Assembly: GCA_043228905.1 (NCBI GenBank)
Contig: JBHGNT010000016.1
Span: 2,232,001 to 2,296,000 of the forward strand
DNA length: 64,000 nt
Reading direction: 5' to 3'
Source: Azolla caroliniana
Lineage: Eukaryota; Plantae; Polypodiophyta
The translations under genes were made by a program, and so were the position numbers. Shown here piece by piece: positions 35,329 to 47,214 of this stretch. Positions within the stretch are counted from its first letter, which is position 1. Each line of letters begins with the position of its first letter. The notes below the pieces were generated by a model. It saw only the letters and a program-made list of their open reading frames with translations, was not told the origin of the DNA and searched no databases.

Positions 35329-38300
35329 ATGAATCTTAGGTTGCTAACATGGAATATACAAGGAATTGGTGGTAGCCAATTCCACACGAAGAAGAATGTA
35401 TTAGCTGCTGAAATTCAGTGATGCACGGAGGCAATAGTGCCTGATGTTATCATGGTGCAAGAGCATCACCTAGATGGGGATAAGATTGACAAAATTGGAA
35501 ACATCTGCCCTGGGAGTTGGACCAATACATGGTCGGCAACTACGGGGGACAGACATATTCATGGGGGAGTACTCATAGCAATGAAAGCTAAGTATAATGC
35601 AACATTCATAGGCAGAGGATGCTTAGTAGAGGGTCGGGATGTCTATATAAGGATAAAACATAGATATGGGCACTTGGGCATACTGAACATATATGCCCCA
35701 AATTTTGCTACTGAAAGAAAGGAATTCTGGTTGCAACTAGTGGACAAGAAACCAGATGCAGATCTGTGGATCATTGGAGGAGATTTTAATATGGTGGAGC
35801 AACAAGAAGATAGAAGCGGAAATGCAAATGGCACGGTGCAAGGGGCGGAAAAAGATGCATGGGATAAGTTTTGTTTAGCATATAATGTGATAGATTGTTG
35901 GAATGCATCTAACTTTCAGATGCAAAAAGAACAATCTCTTCTATACTCTAGAGTAGGAGGAAGCGTTCATGGGAGGACAATGTCCAGGTTGGACAGATGG
36001 TACTTGGACCCTCGGCTCATAGATATGAAAGGCAAATGCATAATTTGTCCTGGAACGATGTTCTCAGACCATGCATCTGTCTTGTTACATATAAAAGAAA
36101 GTAGTCGATGCAATCCACATAATGTGAAGGTGAGCAAGGAGTTGGTCATGGACAATAAATGGACTAATGATATAAGAAGACTATGGTCTAATGTCAAATG
36201 GATGTATCATGATCTCGCTCATAGGCTGGCTGGGAAAATTGAGGAATGTGCATGTTTCTTTTGGAAGAAAGCAACTAAAATTAGAAAGGAGATGAAGGAG
36301 AAACTACAAAGAATGCAATGGACACTCGCTTCTATGCAGCGACTAAGAGAACAATACCTGAATAATGTATGGATTGAGGCCCAACTAGAGGAGGCAAAAT
36401 GCAAATTGGATATGTATCAGAAACTAAGGACTACTAATGCTTATCGTAGTAAAGCAGTAAATTGGATGAGGGTAGGAGACCGTGTTACGAAAGGTTTTTT
36501 TGAAGCTGTAAAATGCAAAGGCTCTGGGACCCAACCTTCATGTTTGAAAAACACAGATGGCACAATGACCACGTGCGCGAAGGAAATGCTTGGGATGGCC
36601 ACGAGCTATTATATGCAACTACTGAATGTATGCAACGAGGAACATATTGAGCAGGATGCCTTTAGAAATATAATAAATAGGATACCGAAGAGAGTTTCAG
36701 CTCAGATGATGGACCGTCTAAATACCCCTATTTGTATACAAGAATTGTGGGATGCAATTTCAGATATGAACAAACAAAGCTGTGCAGGCATAGATGGACT
36801 CCCTATATATATTTACATCAAATATTGGGATTTAATTAAGGATGACATGTTGGAAGGGATGCAATACATTATGGCTGAAGGTTTAATGCCTCCAACACTG
36901 TGTCAAGGAATGATTTATTTAATTCCCAAGGATGGGAAAGATCTAACTATGCTTGATAATTGGCGACCTTTGACGATTCTCACTAATGGTTATAAGATCA
37001 TGGCTAAAGTTGTAAGTAGTCGATTGAAAACGGTCCTAGGGGACATAATACATACAACGCAAACTGGCTTCCTCGAAAACCGGAGCATTGTTGACAATAT
37101 GATAACTTTTTGGGAGTATTCAGCATGGGCAGAGGAGCAAGAAGTGGACCTAGCAGTAATGTTACTCGATTTTGAAAAAGCATATGACAGGATCTCATGG
37201 GAATTCCTAGAAGCAGTGATGGTTGCCCTAGGCTTCGAGCAACAATGGATCCTTGGATTGGCTGCCTTTTATAGGGATGCTTCCAGCCAAGTTTTAATGG
37301 CTGGAAGCTTGGGGAAGAGCTTTAGGATGACACGATCGGTACGCCAGGGATGCCCATTGGCCCCGTACATATTCATTATTGCAGCGGAAGCGTTGCATTA
37401 TCAGATTAGTGATAGATATTGGCAAATACAAGGCCTTCCCCTACCCGAGGATGCAAGAATGTGCTTGATACAGAATATGTTGATGATACAACAATTTATG
37501 TTAAGGGGGATGCAAACAACTTGGACAGACTACAAAGTGCAATAAATGAGTTTTGTAGGGGGTCGGGTGCGAATATAAACTGGAATAAATCAGTGGGCAT
37601 TTGGATTAGCAATAAGCCTGTGGTAAATTGGGCTCCAGACCCTAATTTCAGATGGTTGAGGAGAGGAGAAGCTACTAGATACTTGGGTTTCAAAATCGGG
37701 ATGGACATTGATCGCTCAGAACACTACACTCTACTTGTGGACAAAATAAAAGCGAAGTTAATATGGTGGAATGCAAGAAAATTATCCTTTGCAGCCAAGA
37801 TTGTGATTGCAAATCAGGTGTTAATGGCCACAATATGGCATACTGCGGCATATTGGATAATCGCACCCAAGTCTATGAAATTGATAAAAAGGTTGATCAA
37901 AAATTTCTTATGGGGGGCACCAAGGAAAAACATGCTTGTGCAAAGTTTGCGTGGACTACACTCATAAAAGATAAACGTGAAGGTGGGGTGGGACTAATAG
38001 ATCCTGTGGTGCAAACAAAGGCTTTGCTAGGCAAATTGGTGGTCAGGAGCTTGCAACCCCCTGAGGCACCTTGGAAAATTCTCTGGCGACGCAGATGGAA
38101 GATGTGGTTGCCAAGACATGGCGGGAGTTGGCCAAGTAGCCCTTTTTGGGGGTTTGTGCCTGAAATGCGACCCAAATACTGGGGATGTACACAGAGTATA
38201 TGTACTGTTGGAATTATGAAGGCATGGAATGGAATAAGAAAGGGAATCGTTTGTAGGTGGAGAAATGATGCATATGGTCGAATGTACATGCCTATTGTTT

Positions 38301-39684
38301 GGAACCCATTAATTAGAGATGTGGATGGGTTGACAATAGGACAAAAAACAGGTTTCAAATGGGCCAATTTAATCAATGCCCAAGGGAATACATTGGCAAA
38401 TTGGAAGAGATTTCTACGTAATGATGTGGGCACTCAAAAGGCTAGAATATGGAGGATAAACAAGGGTAAATGCATGCTAATGAGGATTACAGATGCCTTT
38501 GCACGCAACGGGCAAATCTTGGAAGAAGCAGCCATAAGCCCCTCTAAAATGGAATGGACTAGATTCATCGATGCTGAAAATTATATAGCCGGAATTAAGG
38601 GAACGAAAGCCGACTCTAATGAAGCATGCTACTACAAAATAGAGCATAGAAGGGTAATATGTGAGCAACCAGCCTATCAAACTGAAAGGCCGATTAGGTT
38701 GCTTGCAAAAAATGGAAAGGCTATGATAGTTGACCCCGAATTGAGTGAGCTCAAAACAACGACAGTGTGTTGGCCGATAGAAGGGCATACAAATCAGCTA
38801 TCATGGGACCCCGCGATGTATTTCTGGAAAACTCAAGGTCCAAGTGATGGTGCCAAGTTGGTGCAATTTTTCAGGTACAACACGAAAATCGGGAGACAAA
38901 TTATCCTAAAACAAGAACACCAAGATATTGCAACTCGTAAATTTTGGATACAAGAGGGCATTAGTGAAAGGAGATTAGCTAAATTCTGGAAAATGATATG
39001 GCATGACAGCGGTGACTGCAAGATAATGATGTGCTTATGGCTTATTGTGCATAGAGCCTTGCCAATAGGGGCATGGGCTAAAGGCCCAATGTAGACCCAA
39101 GATGTAGTGCATGTGGACAACTAGAAAGCATTTCCCATTGTCTTTGGGAATGTCATGAGGCTACGATAGTATGGAGAAGGGCATTACGATTGCTTTGCCA
39201 TGCCTCTAGCTCATTTACCCTCAATTGGGGACATGCTTGTTGGAATTGTCTTGATGATGACGTATAGAATTTTGATAGCACATGTACAACTATGTACAGA
39301 GGGGAGAATGGAACTATTCGAGTGATCATTGGTAATAGTGCACCTAGAAGTAATGCCCAGAAGCAGAAAATTGTAGATCTATGGATGTTGCTAGCACCCA
39401 TTATCATATGGAACATTTGGACCGCAAGATGTACCAGGGTATTTTCAGCAAACAAACAGCCTCCAGCAGAATCTATTAAGCTAATATGGCACATGCTAAT
39501 AACTACATTGAGGGCCCAATATGAGCGGATTGATGGAACAGATGATGCTTCAGATTTAATGAGGCTGAAATTCAGAAAACGATGGTGTACGATGTAGATA
39601 CAGAAATTGGAGTGGAGATACGATGGCAGTACGTAGTACCGAGATGGTTGTTCCCCCCTCCCATTAGATGATAGAGGGGCGTGA
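35329..39684 (+). pseudogene. LINE ORF2 (AP endonuclease + reverse transcriptase + zf-RVT), frameshifts and stops
   Basis: MNLRLLTWNIQG, VQEHH, NIYAPN, GGDFN, SRLDRWY, SDH. RT motifs NWRPLTIL, QTGFLENRSI, LDFEKAYDRISW, VRQGCPLAP, YVDD. Ends PRWLFPPPLDDRGA*. Premature TGA at ~35419 and frameshifts near 37450 and 37920. Confidence 0.92.
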
Positions 39685-40323
39685 ATGACACGACAAACAT
39701 GGAGAACAAACATGTGGGCTATTTAGTGTAAGATAAATAAGTGATGTAGTCCATATGGAAGTAGGTAATGTCTAAAGTTGTGTATTGTATGTCATTTTAA
39801 CTAATGGAGTATATTCTTCTTTTGGAAAAAAAAAAAAGAAGTTGCAAGGAATTCCAATGTCTATATAACTCACAATCACAATATCGACTTTCTATTGCAA
39901 TATCTATTAGCAAGATTTGTGATATCGAGAGACACTACTCAACTCCACACCTATTATGTAAAAATGATTCATTTTTGGTTCCATATGTTATTTTTGATCT
40001 GTGAGGACTAACAAAATATATGTCTTTCTATACATACTCATGATTGCAACCAAGTTGGCGCACTCCCAATCACCCAATTCAAAGAAATGTTTACAATAAT
40101 GAATTCACCAACCATCAACGAAATATTACCTTTGTGTCAGCCACCACTCTGGGTTTTTCCTCCACCGACATGAGGCATGTGCCCATGTATAACTGTTATT
40201 ACTAATCCTTTGGGACATACGTATGGCTATAGCAGTCCAAGAGCACTTGAAAGAGACTATGGCTTTCAACAGAGAGGTGACTTTTCATATCGAGTGCATC
40301 TACATAAACAAGCACGACAGGTC

Positions 40324-40649
40324 ATGCGAGCATTGGGAATGGTTTTTGGTTAATTGATGTTGGCCAACTACATGCAAGGATGGAGAAGCTAGCTAGAGTG
40401 CAATACTTGTCTAAAAAGGATCCCAAAATTGTGCACTATCATACCTTGTTTTACAGCACAAGAATGTTTTAATGAGTCTTTTAAAGTTGAGCAGAGATGA
40501 GAAGGATGAAGTTTTGTATGTAATGCTAACTCAAGATTTTCAAGAGTGGAAAAAATAGGTTGTTGCAGTAAAGTGTATATATTATAATGGAAAACACCGT
40601 CGTGATCTTCGTGTTGCATTCTTCCTTCTTGATAGTGATTTAAGATCAG
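40324..40649 (+). pseudogene. Processed fragment of RAVE subunit Rav1/DMXL-like (Rav1p_C) gene
   Basis: With two small frameshifts it translates MRALGM(G)FWLIDVGQLHARMEKLARVQYLSKKDPK(N)CALSYLVL..LLKLSRDEKDEVL..LTQDFQE..GKHRRDLRVAFFLL, matching the recalled Rav1p_C consensus EKLAR.QYL..KDPKDCALLY..LFK.S.DEKD..FL..NFQEE..GKH..ELA.AFFLL. Confidence 0.75.
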
Positions 40650-40759
40650 ATTGGTTGACATGGTACAATTCATGTATTTAACATCTAATACATGGTTACT
40701 TTTGTTGGATAATAAGGGAAGATTGAAGTTGAATCAAAGATGATAGTTCTCCTACACAT

Positions 40760-42116
40760 GGTATGTTGAAAATGTTGAGAAATCAATGTGGAATAGATCA
40801 CAATAAACGAACTACGCGCTGAAATACGAATCACAAAAATGCCAGAAAAAAAACAAGACACACAACAGTGCACAGAGATTTACGTGAAAACCCTAAAACG
40901 GGGAAAAAACCACGGGTGAACAGATTCTTCACTATAGTATAGTGGATATACAATACAGAGAGGAATACAACACAGGGCTCTTCGCGTCTGCTGTTACACA
41001 CACAGCTATGGCGCGGCTCTCACTTCTCTCTCTCTCTCTCTCTCTCTCTCACATTCTACAACTATTCCACGCACTCTGTTCCTCACAGTTAAAGTTTGCC
41101 CTGGTTGCATATATACTTACACAACTTTTCTAGCTATTTACATACGTAGCCCTCATGGGGCGCACTCTTAGACTATTTACAATTATAGTCTCCCGACTTG
41201 GCTATATACACGATTCCAGTTTCGGCCTCGGCCAAGTCCTTCATCAACTCGGCTCCTCTCTCTCCCCATCAGGAGAGACATGTTTCCTAACAACAACATT
41301 ATTATTATTATTATAATAGTCAAATCTTCAAACAGTCGACTCACTGTTTTCAACTCTTCGACTGTCGGCTTTCCGAACAGTTGGATCTTCCCTGTCATCG
41401 ACTGTCGGCTTTCCTATCAGTCAGTTCTTCCTCCCACTGGAGGGACATATTCCCAACAGAAAATGAGCATGTTGTGGAAGCAATTATGTGCTTTAAGCAA
41501 ATGCAACCTAAGGGTGTTTCTCCAGATATTTTAACATTTGTATGTACTGTGAAAGTTTCTGGTATCATTAAATCCACTAGGAAGGGTAGGGAAATACATG
41601 CTATGATTGAAACAACAAGCCTCCTGAAACAAATTCCGAATACTGGAGTTGGAAATGCCTTGGTTAGCAAGATACATTAAACATGGTGGTGGTCTTGGTG
41701 AGGAAATATTGAACATTTTTGGGCAAATGCAAGAAAGAGGAGTATCTCCAGATGTTATCACTTAAGACATGCATAGCTTGTGGTAGGATTGGAGCCATGG
41801 CCCATGGGTAAGGGCAAGTCAATACATGTTGATATTGAAAGAAAAGGTTTGCTTGAGACAAATTGCATTGTTGGGAATGCCTTGGTTGATATGTATTCAA
41901 AATGTGTTGGTTGACTTATATGCAAAATGTGGTGAAACCCGTGAAGCATGGATTATCTTCAAGGGTCTCTCTGCACAGGATATGTGTTATGGAATGTTTG
42001 AAATAATCCAAGATGGATATATGGCAGTCCAATGTCTCAAATGTATGCTAAAATCATGTCTAAAACATGATGCAACCACATTCACATGCAATATTCATTG
42101 TAGAGGACTATTTTAA
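40760..42116 (+). pseudogene. PLS-class pentatricopeptide repeat fragments (interrupted by solo LTR)
   Basis: YVENEHVVEAIMCFKQMQPKGVSPDILTFVC..KGREIHA..VGNALV; QMQERGVSPDVIT; GLLETNCIVGNALVDMYSKC; LVDLYAKCG. Contains frameshifts, stops and internal jumps. Confidence 0.85.
40773..41458. mobile_element. Solo LTR (686 bp), probably Ty1/copia
   Basis: TGTTG...CAACA termini and 5-bp TSD gaaaa at 40768-40772 and 41459-41463. The gatttacgtgaaaaccc..gggaaaaaaccacgg motif is typical of copia LTR ends; contains (CT)n. Confidence 0.88.
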
Positions 42117-43941
42117 TACCAATGGAGGATATTTTTATGTAAAAAAAAATATTACCTTTGTGTCTTTACAAAAATCAAGGTCACTCCAACAAGGCTCATC
42201 CACAACAATGGAGGGGTCTCTATGAGGATTCATGTGTACAACACGAATTGATGAAGTGAATATAACACGTTTAACTAAATTCTTTGTTGCTACATCTATC
42301 ACATTCAATGCGTCTTTTAAAGCCGGCTCAACCATGGCATCCTACAAAAAATATGTTATGATTGGAATCTCCAAAAAAATGAGTATTTTGTGTTCTAACA
42401 AATGAACATTTAGGATAAATTTTATTTTGATTCAAAAGAATGAGGGGGGTACTCACATGATCATCTATTACCGGAGATGCTAAATGAAAATTAACATCAC
42501 AACCCTTCGAGGCTATTATGAGGTCATCCAATTCTAAAAGATTGGCTTGAATAAGAATCAATCTTTGTGAAGCCCCTTCCAATTGCTTCAAGTGAGAATT
42601 TTTGGATCATCTATTACAAAAACATTGCTATTGTTAATTATAAGACAATAATGGAAGGAAACCAATCATGTCTTACATTATAACTATAGTAAGCTACAAG
42701 AATTATGGGAGGAAACAACAATTTACAATCTCTTAGATTTGTCATATACTTGTGTGCACTCATGTATGTGTATGGATATAAGGGGGGACGCAAGAGAAAG
42801 CTTCTTGGGGTGCCTAAGATCTTCAAGAAATGAAGGAAAATCACAAACAACGTGTTCACATAACATAAATCACAAATAAGCGAAAATACAGAAAAACTTA
42901 AATTCATGTATTGTAGCTATACTTGTAGGAAGCAAAAACAAAAAGATGATGTTGAGTTTTGAGTACCTGGGTTTCGAAGAGTTCCTTTAACAATGTACCC
43001 TTTCTCAAGGAGGCGCTTTACAAGCCACGAGGCTATGAAACCTCCTGCGCCCGTTACACACATTGTGGACATCGACACTATTTCCTTATTATTGTCCACA
43101 CCCGAGGCCACACAATCATCTATGGTTGATTTAACACCATTATAGATTATTAAATCAACATTGTGATCATTGGACAATTCCGTCATATGATCGACTGTTG
43201 AATTTGCAATGCTATCAATGATCAAATTTACATTATCGACCATGGTCAATGGCTCTTTGTCATGTAAGGCCACACACACTTCATTTTCCTCGATGCCCGA
43301 TTTCATATTGTTCTCCTTGGTGTTCTATTGGAATGAAGAGCAAGTTTTGCTACCTTATGTGGAGGATTTAATTCTTCCAATGGAATTATGAAGGAATGAG
43401 ACTAACTTATGTAGACCTTAGTTCAAGAATGTAATGGAAATCCATGGAGGCCATGTAGACTAATTTAAAGGGTATTCTGAAAGGAAACGTTTGGCTTTAT
43501 TTTGGATGGAATTGTGAGGGCACATGCATATTGATTCAAAGGAAATTTGGGAATGAATGCAAAAAGCGTGATTCAATATACTTGAATTGATTGTATAGTT
43601 CATCGAGGGTGTACTTTGAATGATTAGCAATTACATGAATATATATATATCACTGAATCTTTGATTCACTCCCTCTTGATGTCCATTTCTTTTACTTGCG
43701 AATCCATAACATCCCCCCTTCATAAGTAGAAGATCTTTTTATCAATAGGAATTAAAAATAAGTCTTCCGCGGATCCATACCAGGCGTGCAAACCTATATA
43801 CATATGTATTGAATCTTTGATTCTCTCCCTCTCCATGAGAATTACTTTTACACGGTGGCCTACAATTTGTTAAACACTACGCATTTTGCATAGATAACCC
43901 TCTGGTCAAACATGACCTCCTAGGCTTTGCAAGTCCGCCTT

Positions 43942-44170
43942 TATTATTAAGTAACGTACACCCACTTGGCCATAAGCATCATAGTGCATACCTATGTGTT
44001 TGGTAGTTAGCCATTTTTCTCTACATACTAATTGTAGTTTTGGTTCTATATGCATACCAATGTATTATTAAGTAACGTACACCCACTTGGCCATAAGCAT
44101 CACAATGCATACCTATGTGTGTGGTAGTTAGCCTTTTTTTTTTACGTACTAATAGTAGCTTTGGTTCTAT
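43942..44170. repeat. ~121-bp tandem duplication upstream of CCR-B
   Basis: tattattaagtaacgtacacccacttggccataagcatca.. at 43942 and 44063; a single copy in the homologous CCR-A upstream region (~28630). Confidence 0.85.
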
Positions 44171-44922
44171 CAGCTTATGTTCTATGCACAATCATAGTGC
44201 ACTTAGATAGCTTCCCAAAATACAATGTACTTTGTCATGAGAATAACACTCACACAAATTTAAAGAAATGTAGTCTCATAATATAACTTACTATACTAAA
44301 TCATGTTGAGATTCTATGGAAATGAATTAATCATCTCATCACCATCCCACTCAAAATAAACAAATTTATGTGATGCAAAAAAAGAAAGAGAGAAAAAGGA
44401 AAGATGTAATCAACGAGGTGCGAACACGTTTTTTTATAATTGTTTTCAAGGTGAAAATTTTATTTGGGCTCAATATTTGAATCTTATCGTTTGTCGATAT
44501 GATGCAGAGTAAGAATGATGAACCGACCAACAACTAATCTTTCCTTTCTTTCTGGTTATCGTCATAAGCTTTCTATATATGAATGCAATGTCCACTCTTA
44601 ACACTTTCACCACTTGGTGGGTTGGTGGTGGCACATAGACACTTTATGGACCATAAGATTCACAACGTATTACTATTGCTTAGAGCATTAAAATCGTTGC
44701 AAAAAAATTGGAACATTATGTACATTGTATATGACTTTTTAGTTCATAGAAAGGATTGAAGGTGGGTGGGAGCAGGAGATCCTGGACCACCACACTCTCT
44801 GCGCGACCTGCCATTCCTTATCTCTCCAGCTTCCACGGCCTCCGCAATCTGTTCGCGACCTGCCCCCCATTCCTCCTCACGATCCACGACCCCATAACAC
44901 CTCTGCCGTCTTAGTCTTAAGG

Positions 44923-44964
44923 TTTAGGGTTAGGGTTAGGGTTAGGGTTAGGGTTAGGTTAGGG
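44923..44964 (+). repeat. Short interstitial telomere-like array TTTAGGG(TTAGGG)4 TTAGG TTAGGG
   Basis: Directly visible. Confidence 0.9.
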
Positions 44965-47214
44965 CCGCCTGCGAATCTGTCCCTTCTTCGACTATTCTCC
45001 CCCCTTTTCGAGTCTCCCTTTTTTCCCCCAACTCTATTACCCAACCCCAATAAATAAATAAATACAAAATATTAAAAAAAACAACAACAACAACAATAAT
45101 AATAAACGAAAATAATCTTAATAAATACATAAATAAATTTGTTTTTTACATAATAATAAAAGTTAAGAAACAAAAAATAAATATATGGAAAGTTGGAAAC
45201 CTCGGACGTCGCCACAATCCAACACACACACACACACACACTTCAAGACGGGCTCGTCAATTGGAAAGGACTTAGGTGCAGGTCCAAAACAACCTAGGTT
45301 GCGCTCTCCTTGTTGAGATCATGTTCACTAGCGAGGAGATGTTGCTACTTGAGAAGGAGATGTTGCTATCTTAAACACTTTTTATACAAAAGTAAATGTT
45401 GTAATTCGTATATGAGTGAAAACCTCCCCAAGTAACGATTTGTGTAAGTGGCACCCCAAAGATCCTACGCCTTAAATATTGATTAATAATGTTATGGATT
45501 GAGCTAATGATGAGCAAAAGAATAAGAGATTAACGGAAAGCCATGTTTCTAGGCCATTCTATGATATAGTGGGAAGTCAATTTAATCGGAGATTTCCCAT
45601 CCCATATAATCCTTGAAGTTATATGCTCAACAAGAATACTTCTAAATCTTTCTTCTTCTTCTTTTTTGACAAAAAGATACGCCCTAGTATTATAAAATCA
45701 TAAGAAATACAAAAGTTGTCTTGGAAATACCAACCCATTCCCTTGTACTCTCATCATGCCAATTTGATGTGTATATACAATAACGACACATAGTTTTTTG
45801 TACATAGATCTTCAATATTCCTTGCTTTCTCCAAGCCCTAAGCTTGAGTTCATAACCCTTGATTTGTGAACTCAAGTTCTAGATCTATGAATTATGGGTA
45901 GAAATTTCATTGCATTTTCCTCAACATCCATGATATATTCATGTTCATATGTTGCAGATTCTAGTCACCATTGATATAGAAATCCATGTTAATCTCATCA
46001 GTAAATGCATCCATGACATGCTCATTGATATAGATATTAATGGTATGTTCATGTTTATGAGCTGTTAAAACCCACTAGATCTATCAACTCATCCATGATC
46101 AATATAGGCATCCATAGTATGCTCATTGACATAGACATCCAGGGCATGTTAATACTTATAAATCATTTTATGTGCCTAGACCCCAAAATCTTAAGGTGTT
46201 AAGCAACCTTCTGTTTTGCCTACTTTAACTAGCAACATTGCTAGCAATATTCCCCAATTCTTTCCTCTTAGAGAGAAGGTGCACAATGCTCGATTTAATA
46301 GGGGTTTAATAACCCTAAGATTGACACAAAGGTATATTATGTGTTGCTAGCTCAATATTGCTAAGAAAGAGTGCCTTGCTCTAATACCAAGTGTTTAGGG
46401 GGAAAGCTTCTCGGATTATCTATATCACGAATATGTTTGTGGCAATGTTGATGGGCTAGATCTTGAAACAATGTGTTAGAGATTGTGTTCATGACATAAG
46501 GATCTGGTTAAGTGCAACTTGTTAGATAATCTATCACTATGGTTGACCAAGAGTTTGTCAAAAATAGTGTCAAGCTAGGAGGGTTATATTTGTGGTGAGA
46601 GACCACAAGTTGCAAAGAGTTTGTGTTGAGAGGATGTTTATATATACCGTTTTCAAGGTGCACACATAGTTTTTTAGGAAACACTAATAAGGGGATGCAA
46701 TGTTATACAAAGTTATTTAATTATGTTGATGTTTTGAATGTTGATGTGACAATGCAATATCTCAATGCAGGCAAATTTCAAAGAACATTAGCCTAACCTT
46801 TGGTTCCTAAAGACTATTATGGTTTCTTTATCTTTTTTTTAAAAACAATCTCTCATTTCCATTACAAATATTACAAATCATTTGCATAAACATATTCTTT
46901 TGCCAACTAGTAGCATTGATTGATTCTATATTGATTTTCACGACCACGCACGCACATACAATTTTGACTTCAAACTACACAAATTCACTTTGTAAATATA
47001 TCGCTTCTTAATTACAAGGATTAATGTTTCACTTAATTAGCCAAATCATAATGAAAGTCTAGGTTATGAAACCTTTCTTTTGTAACCAAGCTTTGTTGCC
47101 ATGTAGTGAGCTTCTTCATACTAATAAAATCCAATCCATGTATAAATATGATAAGTTATTACTACACATTTATCAACCTTCAAGAACTCATGTAGCTTAC
47201 CTATAATGTAAAAT

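Larger units (their letters stand above)
33584..39837 (+). mobile_element. Near full-length decayed L1-clade LINE in CCR-B intron 3 (antisense to the gene)
   Basis: ORF1 remnants with CCHC knuckle, ORF2 with APE + RT + C-terminal Cys domain, 3' end actaatggagtatattcttcttttgg-A12. The 5' boundary is approximate (only a weak aagttg TSD candidate). Confidence 0.92.
40139..42146 (+). pseudogene. Chimeric retroposed insertion: LINE-like 3' end + RAVE/DMXL (Rav1p_C) fragment + PLS-PPR fragments + A-tail
   Basis: 18-bp TSD aaatattacctttgtgtc at 40121-40138 and 42147-42164; A-run at 42141-42149; absent from the paralogous site in CCR-C. Confidence 0.8.
31290..43306 (-). pseudogene. CCR: Cinnamoyl-CoA reductase copy B, pseudogene (chimeric A-like 5' end / C-like 3' end)
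   Basis: Exons 43306-42967, 42610-42457 (154 nt; 1-nt deletion gives an early TGA), 42341-42156, 32528-~32424 (3' part and donor deleted), 32386-32197, 31434-31290. Substitutions in conserved motifs (KGTLNV>KDALNV, SSIGAV>SSIRVV). Confidence 0.87.

Noticed and set aside
42328-42610. CCR-B as an intact gene with a sequencing error in exon 2
   Set aside because: Independent lesions (exon 4 deletion, motif substitutions in exon 3) support a pseudogene regardless of the 1-nt indel.
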